64,000 bases of DNA, from IMG/VR virus record IMGVR_UViG_3300046167_000873, positions 64,001 through 128,000 of that record; one strand, written 5' to 3'. The notes under the pieces are model-generated. The model searched no databases. It was not told the origin of the DNA and worked only from the letters and a program-made list of their open reading frames with translations. This DNA is from a virus. Numbering within the stretch: position 1 is the first letter of the stretch; each line of letters begins with the position of its first letter. The position numbers and the translations under genes were made by a program. Shown piece by piece: positions 50,802 to 58,770 of the stretch.

Positions 50802-51082
50802 CTTTTAAAATTCCTCAAGATATGATTATCGATTGCTGCATCCAGTTTAGGATCTAGATCAAGACCTTTGATCTCGAGTTTGCGACCAAACTCCATGGCA
50901 TATGAAACGACATAACTTTTCATTCTCTCACGCCACTCAATTTCTGCAAGTGAATCCAACATGGCGTTTCTTTTTTCTATGTCCTCTTGTATCTCCTTTT
51001 TGGCATCAGGAGAGTGTTTCATGAGGACTTCCACCATGCTTTGTAACTGTGTGATTTTACTTTCAAGTAGGTTCATATTCAT
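50798..51082 (-). CDS. Hypothetical protein
   Basis: Likely start MNMNLLESK at 51082, overlapping the upstream stop. Confidence 0.6.
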   Translation of the reverse strand: MNMNLLESKITQLQSMVEVLMKHSPDAKKEIQEDIEKRNAMLDSLAEIEWRERMKSYVVSYAMEFGRKLEIKGLDLDPKLDAAIDNHILRNFKR

Positions 51083-51243
51083 TTCCAAGCTTCCCATCTT
51101 GTTGTATGAGTAGTGCACTCAATAAACTTGATAAGAACGTCATCTACCTGCACTAAACGTTCTACTATGGATAACCACAAGTCATGCTTTGTCTTGCATT
51201 CGTGGATTGGTATTGCTAACTCACCGCTCTTAATTAATGTCAT
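51079..51243 (-). CDS. Small hypothetical protein (54 aa)
   Basis: Manual translation MTLIKSGELAIPIHECKTKHDLW...WEAWK; ATGA-coupled at both ends. Confidence 0.5.
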   Translation of the reverse strand: MTLIKSGELAIPIHECKTKHDLWLSIVERLVQVDDVLIKFIECTTHTTRWEAWK

Positions 51244-51428
51244 AATTTATATTTTCCTCTCCACATCTCACTAAAAAATAAATCAATCGATTCGCCTGTG
51301 TGTACTACCATTGCCATGAAATCTACGCCATATCTTTTTTCTATGACAACCTTGCTACCTGCATTAGGATGCACTTTAAAAGGATGCACGTAATAGTACT
51401 CACCAACTTTAACATCTTGAGGACTCAC
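51240..51428 (-). CDS. Hypothetical protein
   Basis: Coupled ORF. Confidence 0.5.
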   Translation of the reverse strand: MSPQDVKVGEYYYVHPFKVHPNAGSKVVIEKRYGVDFMAMVVHTGESIDLFFSEMWRGKYKL

Positions 51429-51682
51429 GCGTATTCCTTTATGATGGCAGTTGCTAACATAAACAAAGATACTACGTTAAGAATAATAAGTGCGCGATCT
51501 TTCCACATGATGCTGACCCACAACCATAGAGCTACACCAAAGAATCCAACAACCAAATCAAAATCACGATACTCAACACCCGCAGCTCTAAAAGCCAGGG
51601 AAGTTAGAATCAATATGGATGCTAGCCATTTAACGTACCAATCAAAATTGTTTGGGTACCACTTAGAATCAGGCTTGCTCAT
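51425..51682 (-). CDS. Small 3-TM membrane protein (DUF6552-like)
   Basis: DWYVKWLAS..., WLWVSIMWKDRALIILN. Confidence 0.7.
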   Translation of the reverse strand: MSKPDSKWYPNNFDWYVKWLASILILTSLAFRAAGVEYRDFDLVVGFFGVALWLWVSIMWKDRALIILNVVSLFMLATAIIKEYA

Positions 51683-51955
51683 TTAATTTGACCCATAATT
51701 CTACGGTACTGGTGACGTGCGATATAGAACAAGTCATCAGCCTGATACTCGTCAAGGTTGTGTTGATTGATGGCGTACTGGTTGCTTGAGTCTTCATAAT
51801 ATGTCTTATATATTGATCTATAAGATAGTTATTTGTTCATAATATAAGACATTATGGTCTAAAAGCACTATAACGTCCAGAGCTTCAGTCCACGTGTACG
51901 CGCCTCTTTTAAGATTTACTGCTGTAGTAACAGCAGCTAACATATCATCTGTCAT
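51679..51955 (-). pseudogene. Interrupted small ORF (frameshift or 43-bp insertion)
   Basis: MTDDML...LYYEQITIL* continues in the +1 frame as YYEDSSNQY...MGQIK*; ATGA-coupled to both neighbours. Confidence 0.5.
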
Positions 51956-52104
51956 TCTTCCTCCTCAATCCATGCCTGTATGTAATTATTCGAAAACATA
52001 GTTTCCGCGATACGATTAGCGGCCTGCCAGTCAATAGCCTGAATCGTTATCCTGCCTAGTGTGCCTTCGGTGGTGTGTATCAGATCAATAGTATAAGTTT
52101 TCAT
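51952..52104 (-). CDS. Small hypothetical protein (50 aa)
   Basis: Manual translation MKTYTIDLIHTTEG...WIEEEE; SD GGAG. Confidence 0.5.
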   Translation of the reverse strand: MKTYTIDLIHTTEGTLGRITIQAIDWQAANRIAETMFSNNYIQAWIEEEE

Positions 52105-52110
52105 GATTCA

Positions 52111-52257
52111 TCAAACTCCATCTTCTTGTATTTCATAAGACACCCAGCGCCAGTCCAACATAAACTCACCATGGCTCTGCGCGTCACTCTGGCAGTCATA
52201 GGGGCCTTCTGGATCTAGCTCCCCTCCGTCTCGGTCAAACATTACCACCCAGTACAT
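52111..52257 (-). CDS. Small hypothetical protein
   Basis: Likely start MYWVV after SD GAGGAG. Confidence 0.55.
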   Translation of the reverse strand: MYWVVMFDRDGGELDPEGPYDCQSDAQSHGEFMLDWRWVSYEIQEDGV

Positions 52258-52297
52258 TATTCGTTCTCCTCTACAGGCATTGCTAGTGCCTAGTTCG

Positions 52298-52519
52298 TTA
52301 GCAGCCTTGGTCGTGATCCTTCTTGGCCTCGTCCCAAGCCACATCACACATCTCAGCGATAATGTCGGCCTGCAGGGAGTCAGTTACGTCGTTAGTGCCG
52401 AGTGTTGCTTTAACAACAATTGAAAAAGGGTCTAACTGTCCGTCCTTATTGTGCCAGTAGACCACGTATTTAGCGTCCTGACCGTAAAAGATGAAACTCT
52501 TAATTAGTCCTTGCTTCAT
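52298..52519 (-). CDS. Early hypothetical protein
   Basis: ATG directly after the cassette leader. Confidence 0.6.
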   Translation of the reverse strand: MKQGLIKSFIFYGQDAKYVVYWHNKDGQLDPFSIVVKATLGTNDVTDSLQADIIAEMCDVAWDEAKKDHDQGC

Positions 52520-52554
52520 AATATTTTGTCTCTTCAATTAAAGTTGATGAAACC

Positions 52555-52583
52555 ATTCTACAATAGTTTTTTTGAGAAGTAAA
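52555..52583 (-). promoter_or_regulatory. Early promoter cassette 3 (TTTACT-N17-TAGAAT)
   Basis: Near-identical to cassettes 4 and 5. Confidence 0.85.
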
Positions 52584-52593
52584 CACATTTTAT

Positions 52594-52803
52594 TCACTCT
52601 CCCTCCAACTCTCCTACTCTTTCAAACTTTGGATCTTCTTGTTGTGTTACCTTCCACACCACACCTTCCGAGATAAACACTGTACCGCGGTAGTCATTAT
52701 CACGTAGCTGCTTCGATAACTTAGATTTGCGGCTATGCAAATTTAGATCCGCCTTTCCAATTCGCTGTGATTCTTCAAGCAACTTCTCTAGTTGTTTAAT
52801 CAT
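52594..52803 (-). CDS. Hypothetical protein
   Basis: Likely start MIKQLEK. Confidence 0.5.
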   Translation of the reverse strand: MIKQLEKLLEESQRIGKADLNLHSRKSKLSKQLRDNDYRGTVFISEGVVWKVTQQEDPKFERVGELEGE

Positions 52804-52805
52804 TA

Positions 52806-53054
52806 TTAATCCGCCCATTCACTGTAAGTCATCAACGTTCCAAACTTTTTGAGTAATCCTTTTTCGACAGCTTTCATTTCTATGTCACGCATCTTTTTTT
52901 CACAATCCCTCACCACCTTGGCAGACGGTGTCATACTTGTACCATTTTTACGTATTGTAGGGAAATTTGATGAATCATTACGATAGTAAACTCTTGCCTC
53001 TCCAAGCATTCTACTACGATAACATAGCTCATAGAGAATTTCTTTTTTCTTCAT
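52806..53054 (-). CDS. Hypothetical protein
   Basis: ORF with SD AAGGA. Confidence 0.55.
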   Translation of the reverse strand: MKKKEILYELCYRSRMLGEARVYYRNDSSNFPTIRKNGTSMTPSAKVVRDCEKKMRDIEMKAVEKGLLKKFGTLMTYSEWAD

Positions 53055-53061
53055 AGTATGT

Positions 53062-53397
53062 TTATCCTTCTTTCTCTAGATCCCAAACACCACGTCTGTC
53101 TTTGGCATCAGGCAGTCTATTGCGAATTACCCAGGTATGTCCATTCTTTTCAGCCTCTTGAAATATCATTGCTGTTATAAAGAATCCGCCAATCACTAGA
53201 AGATGACCGCCTACGCTGTAGATGCCATAATAGATAGTATAACCTGCCCATGCAGTAAAAATTGCAGACCACATTACACTGAGATAAAACATCAGAATAA
53301 ACTGAGTGTACGGGCTGGGTATATGCCGCAAAGGATTGATCTTTAGATCGAAGAAAAAGTTATATAAATCGTAAATCCAAAATCCTACTTTCTTCAT
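53062..53397 (-). CDS. Membrane protein, hypothetical
   Basis: FFDLKINPLRHIP followed by two hydrophobic helices. Confidence 0.65.
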   Translation of the reverse strand: MKKVGFWIYDLYNFFFDLKINPLRHIPSPYTQFILMFYLSVMWSAIFTAWAGYTIYYGIYSVGGHLLVIGGFFITAMIFQEAEKNGHTWVIRNRLPDAKDRRGVWDLEKEG

Positions 53398-53861
53398 TAT
53401 TGGTTTTCTCCATTTAACCACTTTTGTGCTTGTTCAGGCGTGAGACGATATCGTCTAATGCCGTTATCGGTTCTGTACAAATCCCATTGGTCCTGATCTT
53501 CCCAGTTCTTCAACTTGGAATCGTCGTTAGTTGTAAGGATGTATTGTACGTGCGGGAATACTTCAGGACAAGAAAGCGTCACCCAATCGAATGGATCAAT
53601 TTTGACGATGTCGTCTTCAGTAAACGTCCAACTGGCCACAATTATAGGCTGGTGCCACTTTTGATATTGCTCTGCGGTGAGGTGATACCGTGGAATACCA
53701 CCACCATTATCACTTTCACTGATCCGGTGCAATCGCCATTCATCTTCATCTTCCCAGTTATGATTATCCGCCCTTTTCTCTATACACATATGAGGCGAGC
53801 AGTCGGATGACATCGCGACGAACTCAAAGTGGGGTTTGTTTGGGGTTTCTGTTTTACTCAT
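53397..53861 (-). CDS. Hypothetical protein with two NWED.D.W...RY.LT.EQ repeats
   Basis: Internal duplication visible in the translation. Confidence 0.65.
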   Translation of the reverse strand: MSKTETPNKPHFEFVAMSSDCSPHMCIEKRADNHNWEDEDEWRLHRISESDNGGGIPRYHLTAEQYQKWHQPIIVASWTFTEDDIVKIDPFDWVTLSCPEVFPHVQYILTTNDDSKLKNWEDQDQWDLYRTDNGIRRYRLTPEQAQKWLNGENQ

Positions 53862-54091
53862 TGAGGTTTCTCCTGTTTGGTACGGAACTTTTCCCATTGC
53901 TCGGCAGTGAGATGATACCGTCTATACCCACCGGACGTCGTGGTCGAAAGACCGAGGTCTTGCCATTCGTCTTCATCTTCCCAGTTTAAGACCGAGCCAG
54001 ACCTTTTTTCCACTCTAATACTAAAAGGCGGCTCTGGCTTATCCCACGAAAACACTACAAAGTTGTCATCAAAGTTGTCATCATCATTCAT
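53858..54091 (-). CDS. Hypothetical protein with one NWEDEDEW...RYHLTAEQ repeat
   Basis: Paralogue of the adjacent gene. Confidence 0.65.
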   Translation of the reverse strand: MNDDDNFDDNFVVFSWDKPEPPFSIRVEKRSGSVLNWEDEDEWQDLGLSTTTSGGYRRYHLTAEQWEKFRTKQEKPQ

Positions 54092-54311
54092 TTAAATCTC
54101 TCCTTAGTTCTTCAGTCCACTCTTCGAGTTGTCCTAGATCTATACCGTATTGAGCTTTAAACGCTGCGCCCGGCGTCATATTCTGGAATTTGCCATCGGC
54201 AGCCTGTATTGATTCTCTCGAATTCAGCTCAAATATCTTGGTAAGATATTTTATCTCCCACATTGTTGAGAGCATTTGATCTTTAATTAAAGTTAAATCT
54301 TGGGATTTCAT
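54084..54311 (-). CDS. Hypothetical protein
   Basis: Coupled ORF. Confidence 0.55.
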   Translation of the reverse strand: MKSQDLTLIKDQMLSTMWEIKYLTKIFELNSRESIQAADGKFQNMTPGAAFKAQYGIDLGQLEEWTEELRRDLNE

Positions 54312-54475
54312 TTCTTGTTCCTCGTTTTACACTTGCCGCTCATACACATCGGGCAGTAGTGCTTTCTATCTTCGTGCTCAAAACCATACGCTATTATAAC
54401 ACTACATCCGTCACAGAGCAAGGCTCCTCTACCGCCATTAAACTTGACTTGTGCAATCTTATACTTGCTCGCCAT
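54308..54475 (-). CDS. Small Cys-rich (Zn-finger-like) protein
   Basis: VKFNGGRGALLCDGC...HYCPMC. Confidence 0.6.
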   Translation of the reverse strand: MASKYKIAQVKFNGGRGALLCDGCSVIIAYGFEHEDRKHYCPMCMSGKCKTRNKK

Positions 54476-54684
54476 TAGGCTATGATCCACTCGTGGTCTT
54501 CTTCACTCGGCCACAATGTAAGTGTTTCTACACGACGTTTTTCTGCATAGTCATGTGTGTACCACGTACCACCTTCAACTGACCAATTCTGAACATCACA
54601 AAATATCTGTCCATCTTCTTTGAATACTTCGACACTAGCTTCTACTTCAAGGAGGCCGGTTTCGTGAATTACATTAAAAACCAT
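54475..54684 (-). CDS. Early hypothetical protein (paralogue family A)
   Basis: ATG after the cassette leader. Confidence 0.6.
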   Translation of the reverse strand: MVFNVIHETGLLEVEASVEVFKEDGQIFCDVQNWSVEGGTWYTHDYAEKRRVETLTLWPSEEDHEWIIA

Positions 54685-54731
54685 AATATTTTCTCTCTTC
54701 AATTAAGTGGTTAACTTCATTTGATGTAACC

Positions 54732-54760
54732 ATTCTACGATAGTTTTTTTAACAAGTAAA
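54732..54760 (-). promoter_or_regulatory. Early promoter cassette 4 (TTTACT-N17-TAGAAT)
   Basis: GTGTTTACTTGTTAAAAAAACTATCGTAGAATGGTTACATCAAATGAAGTTAACCA. Confidence 0.88.
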
Positions 54761-54767
54761 CACTTTT

Positions 54768-54998
54768 TTAAATTTCTCGAGGCAACGGCATCCAATGAGT
54801 AAACTTCTCATCCCATGCAAAACTATCCTTGAAAATATTGTACGTGTCACCGTACGCCCCATTACATAAATGGTAGGTTTTACCATTCATATCGATTATC
54901 TCTCCGACAACGATTAGCGGCCGATTTTCATCGAATATCTTTATTAGCACGATGTTCTGATCACGCGGGGTTTTTGCGTTAATAAGTTCCATGCTCAT
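54768..54998 (-). CDS. DUF551-like protein
   Basis: C-terminal THWMPLP motif. Confidence 0.65.
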   Translation of the reverse strand: MSMELINAKTPRDQNIVLIKIFDENRPLIVVGEIIDMNGKTYHLCNGAYGDTYNIFKDSFAWDEKFTHWMPLPREI

Positions 54999-55002
54999 CT
55001 CC

Positions 55003-55239
55003 TTAGTTAGCGCCTACGCTAATTCGATTTTCAAAGCGAGTGAGCATTAAGAACTCTTGTGCTTTGATGCCAAAGTTTTGAAGCTCTGAAGTGTGGTAAC
55101 CGCCAGGCGAATACACTTTAACGGTGTCTTCACTATCCATCAGCTGCATCGTCACTTCATGCTGAATAGGATCGATACCATTTAGCTTTGCACCAACTTG
55201 AGCAATAACCCAACCATCTTGCATTTTAAATTCACTCAT
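55003..55239 (-). CDS. Hypothetical protein
   Basis: SD AGGAG. Confidence 0.55.
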   Translation of the reverse strand: MSEFKMQDGWVIAQVGAKLNGIDPIQHEVTMQLMDSEDTVKVYSPGGYHTSELQNFGIKAQEFLMLTRFENRISVGAN

Positions 55240-55252
55240 AGGTAGTTCTCCT

Positions 55253-55417
55253 TTAGTTTGTGTTATTCATGCACAGTAGATCAGTTTTTAACTCAGCTAA
55301 ATAAGCTAGAGTTTCTTCAGTGATCGTATCTGGGCGGACGCTGTTGACATAGTTGATACAGTCAATTGCAGTTTTAAGTGCAGTCAATTTCTCTTGCGGA
55401 TTAGAAATCTCCTTCAT
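55253..55417 (-). CDS. Small hypothetical protein (54 aa)
   Basis: Manual translation MKEISNPQEKLTALKTAIDC...; fills the gap between neighbours. Confidence 0.45.
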   Translation of the reverse strand: MKEISNPQEKLTALKTAIDCINYVNSVRPDTITEETLAYLAELKTDLLCMNNTN

Positions 55418-55649
55418 GATTTAAACGCCTCTTTACGTAATCAATGTCGTATTCAATAGTCGACCATAAAACATTTTTATCTGTTACCTGCCTATTAACT
55501 TTGGTAAATCCAGCCGGTATAACCTCAGGCTGTTCTATACCATCGCATAATATAAGTTCTGCAAGTTCATTGATTTCACGCTTTGCATCAGCACATGTAA
55601 CGCGAGAATGTAGCTGACGCAATTTTTCATAGATCTCTAGTTGATTCAT
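55401..55649 (-). CDS. Hypothetical protein
   Basis: SD GGAG. Confidence 0.55.
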   Translation of the reverse strand: MNQLEIYEKLRQLHSRVTCADAKREINELAELILCDGIEQPEVIPAGFTKVNRQVTDKNVLWSTIEYDIDYVKRRLNHEGDF

Positions 55650-55651
55650 AA

Positions 55652-55852
55652 TTACTCCGCAAATCCTGATTCATACTCTTCTTCAGCTAGTTCACACAGA
55701 AGCGCGTAAAGAGCATCTGAAGGAGCGGCCTTCATTTCTTGGCCTTCTAACCACCACTTCATAACTTCACTAGCATCTTCTCGCGCAGGATCAACCCACA
55801 CATTAGCAGAAACTTCAATAACGCCTTGTTCCAAAATAACTTCTAATTGCAT
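55652..55852 (-). CDS. Early hypothetical protein (paralogue family A)
   Basis: ATG after the cassette leader. Confidence 0.6.
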   Translation of the reverse strand: MQLEVILEQGVIEVSANVWVDPAREDASEVMKWWLEGQEMKAAPSDALYALLCELAEEEYESGFAE

Positions 55853-55898
55853 AATATTTTCTCGCTTCAATCAATGGTTAACTTCATTTGATGTAACC

Positions 55899-55927
55899 AT
55901 TCTACAATAGTTTTTTTAACAAGTAAA
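55899..55927 (-). promoter_or_regulatory. Early promoter cassette 5 (TTTACT-N17-TAGAAT)
   Basis: One mismatch to cassette 4 over about 55 bp. Confidence 0.88.
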
Positions 55928-55974
55928 CACTTATTTGTCAAAAAAGATGATGATCCCGATGCATGACTGTGGCC

Positions 55975-56280
55975 CTAGCCCCAATGCAATTTAGCGTTGC
56001 TAAGGTCATGGGCTGACCAGCCCAACCCACTACACAAAAACGTATCAGCGGCGTCAGCCCAATTCATTCTGCCTAGAGTAGAACCTAGCTTCACCTCGAC
56101 ACCATCCTTGTGCGCGGACCAGGCGCGTCGCTCATTCCACTCACCAGCATCGATCACATCGGATCGCTCAAGCGTCCAACCGTTCTCGTTGATTAGGTCG
56201 AGCAGAAACCCCTTGGAGCCGACAAAAGAACTGCGACGGCCGTGGAGAGTTCCATGTATTCGGTTACCTGACTTAGCCAC
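55975..56280 (-). CDS. Hypothetical protein
   Basis: GTG start with SD AGGGG; looks more GC-rich than the flanks. Confidence 0.55.
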   Translation of the reverse strand: MAKSGNRIHGTLHGRRSSFVGSKGFLLDLINENGWTLERSDVIDAGEWNERRAWSAHKDGVEVKLGSTLGRMNWADAADTFLCSGLGWSAHDLSNAKLHWG

Positions 56281-56312
56281 AATCTTCCCCTTAGAGTTGA
56301 ATTTCAGTAAAA

Positions 56313-56510
56313 TTAGAACGGATATCTACCGTCAAATGTAGCAGTGAGCTCGTAGTCTACGCTTTCGGTGTAATCAAACAACGCATTAAGAGTACACACG
56401 TAATCTAAAGTACTGAGGGGTTCCTCATAAGCGTGATGTGTTTTTTGCAGTGAACGTATCTCAGCTACAAGCTTATCATATGCTGCTGCTTTCATTTCTA
56501 AATCGGTCAT
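56313..56510 (-). CDS. Early hypothetical protein
   Basis: ATG after the cassette leader. Confidence 0.6.
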   Translation of the reverse strand: MTDLEMKAAAYDKLVAEIRSLQKTHHAYEEPLSTLDYVCTLNALFDYTESVDYELTATFDGRYPF

Positions 56511-56552
56511 AATATTTTCTCGCTTCAATGGTTAACTTCATTTGATGGAACA

Positions 56553-56581
56553 ATTGTAAAATAGTTTTTTTCAAAAGTAAA
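56553..56581 (-). promoter_or_regulatory. Early promoter cassette 6 (TTTACT-N17-TACAAT)
   Basis: Shared leader CATCAAATGAAGTTAACCATTGAAGCGAGAAAATATTATG. Confidence 0.85.
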
Positions 56582-56584
56582 CAA

Positions 56585-56761
56585 TTATTTTTTAGCTCTA
56601 GCAAGAGAACAAAGTTGATCATGCTCCTTTCGTGACAGATCGCTAACAGGCATGGGTCGTCCATCCATGCTCCATTCTAATACTGCATCGCCACTATCAT
56701 TAACCTCAACAGTTGCGAAGACTATATCTGGGCCAAAGTCTGTTGTAACTCGTATAATCAT
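56585..56761 (-). CDS. Small hypothetical protein (paralogue family A, 58 aa)
   Basis: Manual translation MIIRVTTDFGPDIVFATVEV...EWSMDG...LCSLARAKK; coupled to the exonuclease stop. Confidence 0.55.
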   Translation of the reverse strand: MIIRVTTDFGPDIVFATVEVNDSGDAVLEWSMDGRPMPVSDLSRKEHDQLCSLARAKK

Positions 56762-57438
56762 CCTAATTTACCTTTGTGATAAAGATCGAAAAAATGCTCG
56801 GTGATTGGTTTCCAGTTGCTCAACGGTTCGTTGAATACAAGGGAACCTTCGCCATGGTTGACAGCCATGAGAATTACAAGTTGTTCAATATCGATATCGT
56901 AATGCTCTTTTACCATCTGAGCATACGCAGCACCTTGCATAAAATAAGATTTAATTTCACCTGCTGATTTAAACCTTTTTGATGTCTTATAATCAAGTAT
57001 CGTATTTTTACCTTGATACTTGCAAATAAGATCAGATGTGCCTGCAGTTTTTAACTTATCTGAATACATCTGAAGCTCAACGCCATAGACAGTATCTACG
57101 TGTTCATCAAGATATGGTTTGATGACCTTAAACGTTTCAGATGCAATTGGATTCGGTGGTTTTTCTGGAGTTCTGCCTAGGACATAGTCTTCAGCAATAT
57201 TGTGAACAGCAGTACCAGCTCGTGATGCTGTACCGGCAATCTTATTTGCTTTCTCATAACCAACTCGCTTTCTCCAAGCTTGAATTGATTTTCTGCTTAA
57301 GACACCGAGAGCTGATGTAACTGAAACATACTTGTTACCTGATTCATTTACATACAGCCTCGGGCCATCACCTTTTCCATCAATTCTATTGAGTCGCACT
57401 GGTTCCAGTAATTTAAATTCTGCTTCAAACTTATCCAT
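56758..57438 (-). CDS. PD-(D/E)XK exonuclease (Cas4/RecB-like)
   Basis: YVSVTSAL, GTAVH...E, AGTSD, ILDYKTS, YFMQGAAYA. Confidence 0.9.
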   Translation of the reverse strand: MDKFEAEFKLLEPVRLNRIDGKGDGPRLYVNESGNKYVSVTSALGVLSRKSIQAWRKRVGYEKANKIAGTASRAGTAVHNIAEDYVLGRTPEKPPNPIASETFKVIKPYLDEHVDTVYGVELQMYSDKLKTAGTSDLICKYQGKNTILDYKTSKRFKSAGEIKSYFMQGAAYAQMVKEHYDIDIEQLVILMAVNHGEGSLVFNEPLSNWKPITEHFFDLYHKGKLG

Positions 57439-57468
57439 GGTATTTCCATCTTCAATTGTGTATTGAAC

Positions 57469-57497
57469 ATTCTATCATAGAATTGTAGGTTTGTACA
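57469..57497 (-). promoter_or_regulatory. Promoter TGTACA-N17-TAGAAT
   Basis: Intergenic, 17-bp spacer, AATTGAAGA leader shared with the cassettes. Confidence 0.65.
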
Positions 57498-58271
57498 TCA
57501 TGCAACAGATTTTATACTAATGATCGAGTTACGATCTAGCAATTCGCTTTCTGCAATGATATATTCCCTTACAAATCCTGACCTCACAATATCATCGATA
57601 CCAAATTCTATCTGAGTCATCGATGGTACATTATTAAATACCTTCATTGCTGTCATCAGACCAGATTCTTGGTTATATCGAGAACTTGTAAGATCATCTT
57701 GTAATACATCGCCGCATAATAGAATTCGACTATTTTCACCGACTCGAGTGAGTACTGTCTTTAATTCCATATACGATAAATTTTGTGCTTCATCCAAAAT
57801 GATAATGCTATTATCAAATGTGGTTCCCCTTAGGAATGAAGTAGATTGGAATTCTACAAGACCTTTCTGCTTGAGGATGTCATATGCATCGCCTCTGGAA
57901 AATAATTCACTGCAGATAGAACTGTATGGGGCCTCATAATTCGCCAACTTTTCTGACTCTTTACCTGGAAGGAAGCCAATGTCTTTTGTTGGTTGTGCGG
58001 ATCGAATTATGGTAATCTTATCATATCCTGATTCTGTATATTCAAAGAGATCATAAAGAGAAAGATATAGGGATAAGAAGGTTTTCCCGGTTCCTGGAGA
58101 ACCGTGGAGAATGAGATGTTGACCATCGTCATATGCATCAAAAGTAAGCTTTTGATTATTTGTTTTTGGGTGGATAGTGTTTAATTTCATGCCTCTCTGG
58201 GGTACTCGATCGGACTCATCTAACACACCTTGCCTGCGAAGTGCCCGTCTTTTTCTTTTTGAAAGTGCCAT
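57498..58271 (-). CDS. phoH: PhoH family ATPase
   Basis: GSPGTGKT, GFLPG, FLRGTTF, LDEAQN, TRVGENS, DIVRSG. Confidence 0.95.
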   Translation of the reverse strand: MALSKRKRRALRRQGVLDESDRVPQRGMKLNTIHPKTNNQKLTFDAYDDGQHLILHGSPGTGKTFLSLYLSLYDLFEYTESGYDKITIIRSAQPTKDIGFLPGKESEKLANYEAPYSSICSELFSRGDAYDILKQKGLVEFQSTSFLRGTTFDNSIIILDEAQNLSYMELKTVLTRVGENSRILLCGDVLQDDLTSSRYNQESGLMTAMKVFNNVPSMTQIEFGIDDIVRSGFVREYIIAESELLDRNSIISIKSVA

Positions 58272-58337
58272 GTAAAACCCTTTTTGTTATGAATTAAGTT
58301 AACGACTAATAATATAGGGTTTAGTTTTCCTCCTTTT

Positions 58338-58571
58338 TTAGAATGTGTTTATATTTTCTCCTCGGCCTGAGGCCTTCTTAATTGATTTAAGAACATCACG
58401 GAATCCTTCATCAGGTTTCATAGTGCCACTATCTCTTACAAGACCTTGGCCGCCTGAGATGACTTGGGTGAGTTCTGGATTGGCTTGTTTGAATTCATCA
58501 AGCTGTGACATACGTAATATGTAGTCCTCAACTTCGCCTGATTCTATATGTTTAAAAGTATATGTTGGCAT
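58338..58571 (-). CDS. FmdB-like regulatory protein (Cys-less variant)
   Basis: MPTYTF...GE, KPDEGFRDVLKSIKK. Confidence 0.7.
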   Translation of the reverse strand: MPTYTFKHIESGEVEDYILRMSQLDEFKQANPELTQVISGGQGLVRDSGTMKPDEGFRDVLKSIKKASGRGENINTF

Positions 58572-58575
58572 GGAC

Positions 58576-58770
58576 TTATTTATCCTTAACAACATCTTTA
58601 AAACGATAATATTCGTCCATCCAGGTATGAGTAATTGCTTTACCTGTCATGGAACGGCCAGTATTCATACCTTGAGCTTGAACGCCTCTCAATGGCCCTT
58701 TACGGGCACCACCATCTGAAAATACTTTATCATACTCACGATGGATCTTATCTTTACGTGTTTTGCTCAT
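58576..58770 (-). CDS. Hypothetical protein
   Basis: Coupled ORF. Confidence 0.55.
   Translation of the reverse strand: MSKTRKDKIHREYDKVFSDGGARKGPLRGVQAQGMNTGRSMTGKAITHTWMDEYYRFKDVVKDK

Noticed and set aside
52520-56528. Shared N-terminal peptide MKR(E/Q)NIM in four tracked ORFs
   Set aside because: It is the translated cassette leader (TTGAAG.GAGAAAATATT containing the SD); the true starts are the following ATGs.
46654-56600. Dispersed repeats as a CRISPR array
   Set aside because: Copies are 0.65-4 kb apart, separated by genes, and are promoter-shaped. The Cas4-like nuclease is the usual stand-alone T4-like exonuclease.
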